Shown: positions 26,001 through 38,685 of the stretch, in pieces
How the letters are laid out: each line of letters begins with the position of its first letter
How positions within the stretch are numbered: position 1 is the stretch's first letter
Assembly: GCA_028534125.1 (NCBI GenBank)
Contig: CM052818.1
Span: forward strand, 3,722,001 to 3,786,000
DNA: 64,000 nucleotides
Origin: Lama glama
Lineage: Eukaryota
Direction: 5' to 3'
Made by a program: the position numbers and the translations under genes
Notes under the pieces: model-generated
Databases searched by the model: none
The model's input: the letters and a program-made list of their open reading frames with translations, nothing else
What the model was told of the DNA's origin: nothing

Positions 26001-27009
26001 AGGGACCCGCTCGTGCTGCAGACCCCGGGGGCACCCCACTCCCTGCTCTCACCCACTCTCGGCCTCCCCTCTTCCCCCTTCCAGAAATGCTTGGTGAGCA
26101 GCCACTGTGCACCAGGCACTTTTCTAGGTCCTGGGTGCGCTGGCCGTTCTGGAACCTAGGTTCTGGAGGGGAGGGGCAGAGGTCTCCCCGCAGCTCCTCC
26201 CACCCGGCCACCACCTCCACCTGTGCCCGGAACCCCAGACGCACCCGGCCGGCAGTCAACCCAGGCCTGCGGAAGATGCTGCAGTCGACCCAGGCCTGCC
26301 TTTGGAAGGGCAGGTGACAGAGGGCCATCAGCCTTGCCACATCTTTTGTCTCCGCACCCGGGGTGTGGCTGGGATAACCCAGAATGGTGATCGGGCGACA
26401 GAAGCTGCAGAGGCGCGCAGTGACCACCAGGTGGTGCTTGGAGTCACCAAAGGGTCGGTGATCGCAGGGACGAGTATTTCTTTGGGACCACAATCCATCA
26501 CAGTGACTTGGCAAGCATGGCATTGCTTTGGAACAGCTCCCTTGTCCCCCAGCTTGCTCAGAAAACTCCCAAGAGTGCTCTGAACGTGAAGATGAGTATT
26601 CAGTTGCAAGATGCGATCATTCTGCCTTCCCACCCAGGGTCAGGGCAGGAGTCAAGGAGCTGGTATCAGCAGGGCTTGGCCCCTTGGCTAAAACCTGTTT
26701 CCCTCTGTCCTTTAGATTTCTGTAGTTTCTTTTTGCCTCCTTAACTGGGTCCAGGAAATGGTTGTTGCCTGGGAAAACTGAGCCTGGAAGAGTCCTGGCT
26801 TCTTGTGGAAAGAGGGGTTGCCAGCGTGAGAAGTAGGGTTCCAGGCTGAGGATGCCCTGGCCAGGTGGGTGTGTTAATTAGGTGCTGGATTTACACACAA
26901 AAAGCCCTCCTACTGTCATGCAAAGCCTCATACCTCTCCTACTGTTTGGTGGCTAACGCCCGTCTGGTGCTGAAATCCTCCATTTTAAATCCCCACCAGG
27001 CTGTTTTTG

Positions 27010-27258
27010 GTTTTGTTTTTAATTGAGTTATAGTCAGTTTACAATGTTGTGTCAATTTCTGTTGTACAGCACGATTCTTCAGTCACACATGAATATGTAT
27101 ATATTCATTTTCCTATTCTTTTTCACTGTGAGCTACTATAAGATCTTGAATATGTTTCCCTATGCTGTACAGTATAAACTTGTTTATCTATTCTATATAT
27201 ACCTGTCAGTATCTATAAATCCTGAACTCCCAGTCTATCCCCTCCCACCCCCACAACC
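27010..27258 (-). mobile_element. Young lineage L1 3' end, 5'-truncated
   Basis: aattgagttatagtcagtttacaatgttgtgtcaatttc...ccctcccaccc. Confidence 0.8.
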
Positions 27259-29369
27259 ACAGATGGGCTGGTTTTGAGCAGAGGATTCAACAAGCTGACA
27301 CAGCCGCCCTCTCCAGCCAGATGGTTTTCTGTCTGACATTTGTTGGCAAATTGCAACTTTCCAGGACTTGAAAACTCAGGTGTTGAAATCAAGAAAGTGA
27401 ATCTATCTTCAAATATCTCCTGAAAATGTGTTCTCTCTCTCTCTTTCTTTTTATTTTTTGGCTGCTACCCCTTTGGCACAAGGAACACAGCGGAGGGCAG
27501 CAAGGCTGGGACACATTTTAGCCCATAGCACAGTGAGGACCAGAAAAGCCTCCCAGAGTCTCCAAGGTAAGTGTCTGCCTCAGGGTCCCAGGCTGGGTGT
27601 GACCAGGGCACCTTTGTCTCTGGCTGTAGCCAAAACGAGGGTCCAAGGAAGGTGGGATTTTTGCCTTGATTTGGAAGTTGGATGTGGGTTATTCTGAATT
27701 CCTGGGTGTCGTGGTAGCCTTGGGACTCTGGGTCTGATTAATGTCTGCTTCTTGCTGCATGAGCAATGGCCCTGGTGGACAGAAGGGCAGACGTCAGCCT
27801 CTCTCAGGTGGCCAGCTTCACGGCTGACTTGGAGAGACTGGTTTGTTAGAGATCTGGTTGCAAGCACAGCAGAAAGGACCTGGGCTGGGGGATGCGGCCG
27901 GGAGTCCCAGCCACCCTGAACTGCAGATACAAATGGATGGACCATGATTCAGCCTTGAACTCCTGAATGCCAGACCAGCTTGTCATTGTTTGACCAGTGT
28001 GTGTGTGAGTCTCAGCTGCTGCCTGCTAGTAGAAACTCACATTTCAGTCAACTTCACAGCCCACGGCCCATGCAGGGTCCTCACCCCCGCCCTCACCTCT
28101 CCCTGAGCCTCTCTCAGCATGCTCTCCTAGAAGGGCCAGCCATGTGTGGTCCTGGCTCTGCCTCCACCTTGCGTCTGCGTGTGGCTGCCCTGGCCTGCGA
28201 CAAGGGACGCTGCTCTTCTTTCCACTATTCTGTGCAAAGATGTGGGTAAGCTTTTCTCTTAATGCCCTGTGATGTGGCCGGGATAGGCTGACATTTTTCA
28301 TGGACTGTTCTGGAGGCTTGGATAAGCAGAGGGCAGTGAGGTGCAGTGTCCTGGGGATCCATCTACGTGATGGGTGGCTCTGAGGGCCACTGGCCTGTCC
28401 TCGGGGAGCAGAGTTCTAATGCCATCAGCTGTCCCCCAGAGAGGGCTGCATACACCTTCCCTACACCCTGACCTTCAAGTGGGAGAGAGGGTGGGGACCG
28501 GAATTCACCTTTGGGACAGACTTGACTTTGTCCCCAGGCCCAGCGAGAAGGGGAAATGCCTTTTCACCACAGCCCAGGGCTCAGAGCCTTTCATTTCCTG
28601 TGGCGGGATCTGCCTTTCCTAGGACATTTGACAGCGGGGCTGTTCCTCCAGCCCCACCCGTCGGGCCCTGCGGGATGGACATCGCAGAGCAGCAGCGCAC
28701 GGGCTGCACACTTGGCCGGGATCTGACGTGGAGGACATCAAAGTCCAGTCCCTCTGCCTCCCTCAGCATCGAGTGACACGCCCAGAACATCTACTTTTAG
28801 CTTCCTGGTGGCTGCACAGGCCCCCTCAGGGGACAGTGTGTTATTTGCTGGACTCAAGATGGTTTCTCAGAAAAAGGCAAATCTGCCTCGGGGGTGGGGA
28901 TTTAAGTATCGACTCCCCGTTATGGACACAAACTGCCCGGAGCCTTGGCGTGTACTTTCCCAGAGCTTACTGACGTCTCCAGGCTCGGATCCCAGCTTGA
29001 GCACCACGTGGGTTTCTGTGCTCAGGCTGACCCCCATTCCTCACACCAGCTACTTCAAAGCTCTCCATTCCCCTCAAACCTCCTGCCTACCACCTGCCCC
29101 TCTTTCTTGGCAGCTGCCCTAATCTGCAGAGAAAATAGAACCAGCAGCCCGCCCCTCTTCACACCCCCCACCGTCTTCCATCAACGTCCTGCAGGGAGGC
29201 GTGGCGGCCACCAGCTTCTCTCCTTTCTCTGGTCACACTATAGAGGGCTTGCTGCCCCGCCGAGCCTGGCTCCCCCATATTCGGATCGGCAGCTGTGGAA
29301 GGCAGCCTCTAAACAGCCTCTGGTTCCGTCTTGCTTGCCCTGTCTTGCTCCCCGGCTGGCCCGCTCTTC

Positions 29370-29680
29370 TGGAAGCTGCCATGCCCAGAGCTGCCCCAGG
29401 GAGAGGCCGGTGAAGCAAGGAACTGAGGGGGAGCCTTGAGCCAACAGCCAGCAAGGGACTGCCTTCCTCTGTCTGACAGCCTGGAAGTGAACCTTCTCTC
29501 AGTCTAGCCTTCAAGTGAGGCTGTATCCCAGCTGGTACCTTGACTGCAGCCTGAGTCAGAGGACCCAGCTAACCCTGTCCAGATCCCCGACTCTCAGGAA
29601 CTGTGAAGTAATAAATGCCTACTACTTTAAACTGTTAAATTTTGAAGTCGTTTATCACGCAGCTATACAAAACGAATACA
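29370..29680 (+). mobile_element. MLT1 (MaLR) LTR, 3' part
   Basis: gaggacccagctaaccc...aactgtgaagtaataaatg...aaaacgaataca terminus. Confidence 0.7.
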
Positions 29681-30239
29681 GTGGCTCTCAGACTTGTCAA
29701 TTTCTTAGCCCTGAAAATTTTGAAAAAATGGTGGGGTCCACACGAGGTTGGCACCTTTTTAGTTTACAAGATAGGTCTTGAAAAGTGACAACCAATTTTT
29801 ACTCTCATTATTTTTATAAAAGAAGGATCATTTTTATCTTAATTTTCATCACAGTGTTTTACACATATGATGCAATTCATCTATTTAAAATTTGAGGAAT
29901 TTTGATAATTCTAAACAGTTGTAAACTTGCTTTCATAATTCAGATACAGAATGGCTTCCACATCCTAAAAAGTTTCCTTTTCCACCTTTGCAGTCAAACC
30001 CCTCCCAACCTGGGCCCCACACAACCTTTGATCTGCTTAAGAGAAAGTACATTTGAATATAAAAAAAACTTAGGAAGGATGTAGTCTCAAGTAAAAGTCA
30101 ACCTTTAAACTGAACATGTTTGAATGTATAAACCGAATACGTTTTAAATGTGTAAACCAACCTTTAGTTTATTTACACATGGCCTTATTAAATTGTAGCC
30201 TGATGGCTTTTCAGCACCGCTGTTCAAGCTCCCATCCAT

Positions 30240-31050
30240 ATTAGATCAGCTAGGCTGCTGTAACAAAGATTCCTGAATACAGTGGTTTATTTTATTTTAT
30301 TTTTTTTACATTTTTTTATTGAGTGATAGTCATTTTACAATGTTGTGTCAAATTCCAGTGTAGAGCACAATTTTTCAGTTATACATGAACATACATATAT
30401 TCATTGTCACATTTTTTTTCCACTGTGAGCTACCACAAGATCTTGTATATATTTCCCCGTGCTATACAGTATAATCTTGTTTATCTATTCTGCATTTTAA
30501 AATCCCAGTCTGTCCCTTCCCATCCCCCGCCCCCTTGGCAACCACAAGATTGTATTCTATGTCTATGAGTCTGTTCCTGTTTTGCATTTATGTTTTGTTT
30601 TGTTTTGTTTTGTTTTAGATTCCTCATATGAGCGATCTCATATGGTATTTTTCTTTCTCTTTTGGGCTTACTTCACTTAGAATGACAATCTCCAGGAGCA
30701 TTCATGTTGCTGCAGACAGCATTATATTGTTGGTTTTTATGGCGGAATAGTACTCCACTGAATACAGTGGCTTAAATAAGAGTTTTTACTCCCTCACATC
30801 CTGTTCCAAAGGTAGGTAGGCAGTCGGGACAGGAGGAGGGCTCCCCTCTACAAGGTCATCCAGGAACCCAGACTGGTGAGCCGATTCCACCAGCCTCTGA
30901 AAGTGACCTCCTTCTCTGGGTCCAGAGTAGCTGCTGCGGTTTCCCAGCAAATAGGAAGAGCGTGTGTCCGCAGTAAACATCTTCAAGGAAATAACCCAGA
31001 AGTTTCACACCTAACTTTTGCTAATATAGCATCAGCTCAAATTCATCAAA
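30240..31050 (-). mobile_element. MLT1-type LTR interrupted by a young L1
   Basis: ggctgctgtaacaaa...cagtggcttaaataag resumes after the L1 at 30758; right end approximate. Confidence 0.55.
30290..30757 (-). mobile_element. Young L1 3' end with 17-bp TSD
   Basis: TSD ctgaatacagtgg(t/c)tta at 30273-30289 and 30758-30774. Confidence 0.9.
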
Positions 31051-31980
31051 TGACCAAACCTGTGGGATACGGGAGGCAGGGAAACACAGACTGTGCTGGG
31101 TGACCAAATGCCCAGTTAAGAGCACGAGGATTCTCTTACTAACCAAAAGAAGGAGCCAGCGTTATGCCCTGTTTTTAAATTGTCAAGCTCTGCCTCTCTT
31201 CTGGTTCCAACTGTCAGCATTTCCAGGGTTTCTCGTCTTTAAAAATGGACCCCGAACGCCACTGTCTCCTTGTTGGGCCTGTCCTCACCCTCTCTTTCTC
31301 CTTTCTGACTCCTGTTCACTCAGCCCTGGCACTGTGGCTCTCCTGCAACTCGTGGCTAAGACTCTGGTCCTGTTTTTGTTGAACCCATGCTTCCCAGTGC
31401 TTTCCTTACTGGGTGCTTCTTCAGCCCCTAACATGTTGACATCTTCTCTTGACCGCTGTCTTTCCTTCATTCATTTACTACCATAACCTTGTGTTTCCTA
31501 CATTCATGTAGTCACTCTTAGTTAGTCCTGCTCTGAATGACTCCCTCGCTGCCTTCTGTGCCCTCTCAGCATTTCCAAGGACACGGCTCTCTTTTACCTT
31601 TTTCTCTGCACACTCACCTGAGCAGATCCGCTCCTGCCATAAGTCAGTAAGGATTGTGTTTGGCTGCAGGTAACAGAAACCCAACGTATGGTGGCTGATA
31701 TAAGCAAGAGGATCATCTTTCTCATTTAAGAGGGAGTTTTGGGGCAGGTTGTCTGTCCAGGGCTGTCTGTGCACCTTGTGTTTCAGAACCAGATCCCATG
31801 GCCTCTTGTAGTGATAGGAGTACCACGGGAAGTGAGGGATCTAGCTGGGTACAATGCAGATGTGAACAAAGCTGGGAGTATTAAGAAAGAAGGAGAAGAT
31901 GAATACTGGATGGGAAAGCAGTGGGGGGCACCCATGGCTTTAGCATCTATCTGCTGACAATTTCAAAAATCTTTATCTTT

Positions 31981-32143
31981 GGGGGTGAGGGTATAGCTCA
32001 ATGGTAGAGCATGTGCTTAGCATGCACAAAGTCCTGGGCTCAATCCCCAGTGCTTTCATTAAAATAATGATAAATGAGCCTAATTACCTACCTCCCCAAA
32101 TAAACCCCTAGTAAACAAACAAAACATTTTTCAAAAACTAAAA
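31981..32143 (+). mobile_element. tRNA-Ala-derived SINE (vic-1-like) with TSD
   Basis: gggggtgagggtatagctcaatggtagagc...; flanking aaaaatct(t/a)tat(c/t)tt at ~31965 and ~32144. Confidence 0.85.
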
Positions 32144-32161
32144 AAAAATCTATATTTTCTG

Positions 32162-32996
32162 TACAAATGGCCAATCTGCACATGGAACGATTCTAAACAT
32201 CAGTAATGATTAGGGAAATGCAAATCTAAATGACAATGAGATACTGCCTCGCACACATCAGAATGGTTACCATGAAAAACAAACAAACAAACAAACAAAC
32301 AAACAAACAAACAACAGAAAACAAGTGTTGGTGAGGACGTGAAGAAGTTGGAAGCCTTGTGCATTGTGGCTGGGAAGGCAAAATGGTGCAGCTGTTGTGG
32401 AAAACAGAATGTCGATTCCTTAGAAAATTAAGTATAGTATTACCATATGATCCAGCAACTCCATGCCTAGGTATACACCCAAAGGAATTGAAAATAGGGG
32501 TGCAGATAGACATTTGTACACCCATGTTCACCGCAGGATTATTCACAATAGCCAAAAGGTGGAAGTAACCCAAATGTCCATTGACAGGTGACAGATGGAT
32601 GGATAAACAAAACATGGTATACCTGTGCAACAGAAGAGGAGCATATATCAGAAAGGGATGAAGTTCTGATCACGCTGCAACATGGCTAAACCGCGAAGAC
32701 ATGATGCTAAGTGAAATAAGCCAGACACAAAAGGACAAATGTTGTATGATCCCACTTTACATGAGGCTCCTAGAATAGGCGAATTCATACAGGCAGAAAG
32801 TCGAACAGAGGTTACCAGGGGCTGAGGGGAGGGAAGAGTGGGAAGTTATTGCTTAATGGGTACAGAATTTCAGTTTTGCAAGACTGAAAAGAATGATGAA
32901 AAGAATTCTGGAGATGGGTGATGATGGTGGTTGCACAACAGTGTGAATGTGCATAATGCTACTGACCATTGAAAAGTGGTTGAAGTGGTAAATTTT

Positions 32997-33045
<49 letters not shown>

Positions 33046-33062
33046 TACCACAATTAAAAAAA
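32162..33062 (+). mobile_element. L1MB-type ORF2 end and 3' UTR
   Basis: ORF 32359-32568 resembles the L1 ORF2 C-terminus (GKMVQLLWK...[16 protein letters not shown]); ends in an A-tail; contains (CAAA)n and (TA)n. Confidence 0.85.
33003..33042. repeat. (TA)n microsatellite, about 20 units
   Basis: Read directly. Confidence 0.95.
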
Positions 33063-33731
33063 CCTGTATCTTCAGTTTTGAACTCCTATGAAAAGACTTA
33101 TTTGTTTAGATGCTAGACATTTCAATTTGGATATCTCATCTCCAACACTCTATGCTCGGAACCGAATTCATGAAGTCCCACCCAGGGCTCTAAGGTTTAG
33201 CTCACGAGTGGCTGGGCTCTCCTTTGCCTTTTTCCAGAATGCTGCCCATCAGGGGAAGTCAGAGAGGGGAATGCCTTCTCAAGCCACCCAGAGATCTGGA
33301 CCAGCCTTTCCTCAGGACCAGGGGCTTACATGGGACATGGCGGTTTAGCCAGCATCCATCCTGGTCAGCTCTTGTGCCCAGATCTGTTGTTAAATAAGTT
33401 GACCCTTGCTCCAGCCTTAAGGCTGTGGGGGCCTACCCTCTACAAATGGGCTGTGCACTGACTTCTCTGAGAAGAAGGATTTTCTCTAAGGGGACTTGCA
33501 GTGTCTGCTGACATATGAGAGAGTCTGGCATAATGTAAGGATTTCTGCTTCACCCAGCATTTCTACACACACAAATTAAAGTAATTCTCAACTTGAACGA
33601 TCTGAAAACCGTGTACTAAACTTACTGGGAGACATGCTAATTAACAGTGAGGATGGGGGAAGATCAGACACAGGCGTCAGCTCAGGCACACATACGATCT
33701 CATTTTTACCCCCGGAAGCCTGACTGGAGAG

Positions 33732-34615
33732 TGTATTTGTTACCTATTGCTCTGTAGCAAATAGCCCCAAACTTAGTGGCTCAAAGCAACAGTGTTTAGG
33801 GTCTCATGGTTTCTGTGGGTCAGGTTGTGGCTTGGCTGGGTCCTTAGGCTCAGGATCTCACAAGCCCAAGGTCTCAGCTGGGGCCATGGTCATTCCAGGC
33901 TCCCCTGGGCAGGATCCTCTCCCAAGTGCACTCATGTTACAGAAACCTGAACCCCTTCAAGAGACCAAGCAACACTCAGAGGGTTGGAGAACTCAGGTTT
34001 ATTACACCAGCAGGCCCAGAGGAGTCAACACTCCAAGCTCTGGACCCCGTCTGTAGATTTACACAAACTTTTATAGGGTTTTATGTTTTGATTAAGTTTG
34101 TGCCATATACAAATGAGGTGTTAGAAATGGACCAATCAGGAGTGAGCTTTTGGGAACCAATGGAATTTTAGGGGTAGGTTTCATCTTCCTAGAAGCAAGC
34201 CATTTTACAGAAGCACAAAAGTGGGAAGGCAATGGCCCTGCCTGGGAGGTCTTGCTGGTCCCTTTGTGGGTTTTGCCCCTTCACTCAGCGTTGTTGGCAG
34301 GAGCCAGCTGCTCGAAGGCTGTTGGCCAGAGGCCACCCTCAGTTGCTGGCCATGTGGACCTCTCTGAAGGGCAGCTCCCAACGCGGCAGCTGGTCCTTCA
34401 GGGTGCGCAAGCTGGAAGAGCCAGAGAGGGAGAGGGTGAGCAAGACGGAAGCCGCTGTCCTGGAATCTAATCTCAGAAGTGACATCCCATTCCTTTTGAC
34501 TATGTTCTCCTAATTAGAAGTCTGTCACGAGGTCCAGCCCACATCCAAAGGGAGGGGGCTACACCAGGGGGATGGGGGTGGTCACCAGGAGCCATCTTGG
34601 AAAGTGCCCACCACA
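33732..34615 (-). mobile_element. MLT1 LTR interrupted by an ERV1-type solo LTR
   Basis: tgtatttgttacctattgctctgtagcaaatagccccaaacttagtggc ... cccaccaca. Confidence 0.75.
33935..34283 (-). mobile_element. ERV1-type solo LTR, TG...CA, 4-bp TSD CTCA
   Basis: ctca|tgttac...ccttca|ctca; poly(A) signal (tttatt on +) at 33998. Confidence 0.85.
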
Positions 34616-35559
34616 GAGTTCTTTCCCCTCAGTATAATTCATCTTGCAGGCAACTTCAATCAACCAGTGGGATCAACCAAAATGTAGGAGGTGGATTAAT
34701 CAGCTGACATATCTCTGAGCAGTTCTCGCCACTGCTGCAGCGATCTTTGCTACTGGTGTCAATTTCAGTGTTTTTCAGCCCAGATGGTGAAGTTGCAGAC
34801 AGGGCGGAAGGACCAGGTTTCCTCTCTGGGCTTTGAAGGAGGAGAGAGCACTAGTTCCCAAGGCTGCTACTTCTCTCCTTGTCTGACTAGCTCCCCGTGG
34901 TTTGGCTTTGCTCTGTGGTTTGTTTACATGACTGGGCCAGGAAGATGACTTAACCCATCCAGGCTGAACTCAGGGCTGATTTCAAAGTGAACCATCAGTC
35001 AAAATAAGCCATAACCAACATGACGAGTAGAAATCCATGTCTTTGCTACAGATGTACCATTACATATCATACTCTGGGCCTTTGCACGTGCTGTTGCCCA
35101 TCTGAAATGCCCTCCTTACCTGGCCTGTCCATCCTTCCTGAACCTTCCTGATGATTCCTGTCCACACAGCTCTTTCCCTGTCTTCTCTGAAGAGCAGCTA
35201 ACCTATGTGCCACCCAGTTTAGCTCCTGGGTACATCCTGCCTCGCGGGTTCTTTATTTCCTGTGTGTGGGGTTTATGCTCTGGCTCCAACAAAACGGAAG
35301 CTTCTCCAGGGCAAGGACTGTGATCCAAGCCCTTCACACCCACCGTGGTACCCAGCCCACTACCAGCAGAATTCACTGATACTTGAGGGCAGAGGCTGCT
35401 CAGGTCTTATACTTTGAGCTCTGTGCACAGTGCCTGTTCGTGGCAGGATTTCCCTAAATGAATCTGAGTTTGACGCTGATGTCTATAGCATTTGCAAAGA
35501 TGGACCTGTTATGGAGGAGGCGGGGAGAGAGGGTTGCAGCCTCTCCCTACAGGGAGTGG

Positions 35560-35960
35560 TGACGGGGCAAGGAACCCGCTTTCACTCAGTTCCCTCTCTG
35601 CTCACGTCACACGTCCTTGTCCATTTCACTCTCAGCATCTCGCTCAGACCTGCTCTCCCGGAGCGGCGGGGTGTGCTGCCTGCGCAGTGATGTCCAGTCT
35701 CGAGAAATCCTTCTGACTCGGGAAAGAGAATCTGGATCTTTATTTCTGGGCAAGAAACTCTCTCCTTCCCAGCACTCCTGTCTTTTGGAAAAAGCAGTTG
35801 TTTTCCTGCTTTGAACGAAGCATTAGGAAAATGTGTGTGAAAACCGCGGGGAGGGGCTTGGCGGTTGTTCAGCAGCCTCCCTGCGCAGGCGCAGTCCAGG
35901 AGCCGGGCCAGGCGTCTGGGTAGGGCGGCTGCAGACACGGTGGTTGGCCTCTTGCAAGGG
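35560..35960. promoter_or_regulatory. CpG-enriched candidate promoter with a consensus NRF1 site
   Basis: TGCGCAGGCGCA at 35882-35893; CACGTCAC at ~35603; local CpG excess. Confidence 0.4.
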
Positions 35961-36689
35961 TCACCTTGTGGATTCTGTTGTCAGCTCTGCTGTTCCAACT
36001 CAAGGGACGTGGCCTAAAGTATCCTGGTGCCTTGGTTTGCCCCTGGGAACAGGAGGCAGTGTGGTCCCTCTTGTGGAACTCGTGTCTCTTGTGACTGCAA
36101 ATGACTCTGGGAGTGCGCGGGGGCAGCAGCCCTCCTCACCGTCTCCTGCAACCAGCATTTGTGACCAGCGTCTCCTGGGCACCCCCTGTGCTCCAGGCTT
36201 TGAGGGTGGTGAACTGTAAACACATTGTTACGTGTAGTGCGTGCTGGCATGTAGAGGTGCGTGTTTGTGCAGGTGTGTGGGGACTAGGAGAGGGAGTGAT
36301 GGATGGGAACCCACTTTTGGTGAACTTGGTACTATGGCCTTCATTTTACATTTGAGTAAGCTGAGGCTCTGAGATGTTAATAGCTTCCTTTCTTCATTCA
36401 ATGAATATCGAACCATCCATTTGGAGGGCATATTTCACATATTTTGCCACTTTTAATGCTTAAGGAAACATTATAAAGGAGTTACTTTTATCTCCCCATT
36501 TTATAGATGAAGAAACTGAGGCTCAGAGGGATTAAAAATCCTGACCAAAATGGAACTGGTTGTCATTCTATGTGGCATGTGTGGCACATGTCTGCTGGGA
36601 CTTTTCCACATAGGTGGGCTTCTCATTTTGAATACCCAAATATTCTCTCTCTCTCTCTCCCCCTGCCCCCCCGACCCCTCCCCCTTTAT

Positions 36690-37156
36690 TGAAGGAAGGC
36701 AAGTTCATGTGCCGGGTATACCATGAGGCCAAACAAATTGAAACGTCAGAGTTTGAAGCAGAGAAATGTTTATTGCACGGCCGAGCAAGGAGGAAGGGGG
36801 TGGCTCATGCCTAAGTAAACCCCTAACTTCCCAAAGGGTTTCAACAAAACCTATTTAAAGGCCAGGTAAGGGAGGGGGTCTCGGGGTATGTGATCAGCTC
36901 GTGCAAGATTCTCTGATTGGTTGTTGTAGAGGTAACCGGGCGGTCAACACTATCAACCCCCGGGCGCCAGGTCTGGGGGCCACATGCTCTCCATCAAGAA
37001 GTTAATTTCTTCCCTTTGGCGGTGATTTTCAGCACCTGAAAAACTCAGGAAATATACATGAGATACTGTTATCTGCGTATTCAGAGAAGAGCTACAGCGG
37101 AGGTTACGGGGAGGGGTCTGACCTTGGAAGACCCCATATGGTCCTGCTCTGTTACG
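36690..37156 (-). mobile_element. ERV1-type solo LTR
   Basis: agaaatgtttattgcacggccgagcaaggag...ctgattggtt...gtcctgctctgttac; no clean TSD seen. Confidence 0.7.
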
Positions 37157-37372
37157 CGCTCTCTCTCTTTCCTCCCGCCTCCTTTTTTTTTTTTTTTTTT
37201 TTTTTTGACAGAAAGGGTGATCTGAGTGCCTTTCAGATTCCTCCAAGGATACAGGCAAGAAGGACTGAGGGAACAGGTAAGAATTTCTTAAAAAAATAAG
37301 AAATCTATACTTGCACCATCCTCCTTAGGGCAACTTCCTCTAAGACAAAGTCCAAAGCAGGGACTGGGAGAC

Positions 37373-37406
37373 GGGGTGGGGGTGGGGGTGGGGGTGGGGG
37401 TGGGGG
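37373..37406 (+). repeat. (GGGGGT)n G-rich repeat, G-quadruplex-capable
   Basis: Six G4-5 runs separated by single T. Confidence 0.9.
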
Positions 37407-37529
37407 TTCTACCTGGTTGCCGTTTGCTGCAGTTTCCTTTCTTCTATTTTATTGTCAAGTCACCAAGCCTGGTATATGTTGACACCATGTTTACTGGAAA
37501 GAGGAATGGTTGTGATACATGCTGCAAAC

Positions 37530-37696
37530 CAGCACTTCCAAATTTTACTCTGTATACAGGCCACCTGGGGACCTGGTTAAAACAGATTCCGATTTAGTGG
37601 GTCTGGGTGGGGCCCGAGATTCTGCGTTTGCAATGCGCTCCCAGGGACGTCCATCCTTCCCCACGGCAGGGCTTGGATCACCCTTTGAGGAGCAAG
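37530..37696. mobile_element. MER5A-type hAT remnant
   Basis: cacctggggacctggttaaaacagattc...ggtctgggtggggcccgagattctgc...ctttgaggagcaag. Confidence 0.75.
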
Positions 37697-38685
37697 ACTG
37701 TAAAGGAAACAAGAAAGTCAGGGGTACCCGTGGTTAACGAAGAGGGGGACGTGGACAGGAGCCTGAGGGAGGAGAGAATGAGTTTTGCTTTGCGTGCGTG
37801 GGTTGTGTCTGAGGCACTCAGGATTTGCCTGGGGGAAACGGTGTGGGGAGGACCAGTGGGGTTAGCATTCAGTTCGCGTCAGCAGAGGTCAGAGTTGAAG
37901 ACGCAGGTCATCGCCATCTTGGCTGTTGGAGTGGACTCCTTGGGGGATTTGAAGTTGTTAAAGGAGAGAGAGAGAAAGTTTGTGAAGAGAAAAAAAATAG
38001 GGCGGAGGGTCTAGGACAAGACATTGGAGGTGCTGGTGGAAGAAGAGAGGTCAGTGAAGAGACTAAGTGTGGCTGAAGAGTTAGAAGAACGAGCAGAAGG
38101 GTCGGGTGATAGAAACCAGGAGAGAATACAACCAGGAGGATGAGGAACAAGTCTGAATCTTTCTGTCCCCCTAGACCCCCCAACCCCTGCTCGTCTCCCT
38201 GTACCCTGAGTCCTGGGAGGAGCACTGTTAACCCCGTAGCCACGCGCTCTCTCGACTTCTGACTCTGGTTGGATTTGATGGGTGGGGAGCGTGGGTGGGA
38301 GTGGAGGGAAGGAGGCAGGCAAGTTGGGTGTGTATCCCCCCCAGCTTTCACCCCCCCACCACAGGCCCCGTTCCTGCAGCTCTTCTCTCTGTTACTGGCC
38401 CTGGTATTCTGCGCCGCTCCTTGTGAATAAAGGGCGCTATGTGGGATGATTTGGGAAAACACTCAAGCTTCTATGTGCCATTATTGGACCATGACCGACA
38501 GAGCGGGGACAGGTGGCAGTGCTAGGCATTGTAAGAGGAAGAGTAGAACCAGGACAGAGCATTTGGCAGTTGAGAGCTCTCCTCGCTTCCCCAGAGCCAT
38601 GTCCCGAAGATGAAGGACATAGTGAGTGGAGGATGGGATGAGACTGGAGGAAGTGGTACAGGAAAAATGGGAGCAAGAGGATGGT

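Noticed and set aside
31981..32060. Functional tRNA-Ala gene (also 7300-7376, 63004-63077)
   Set aside because: Disrupted stems, A-rich tails and TSDs indicate SINE copies
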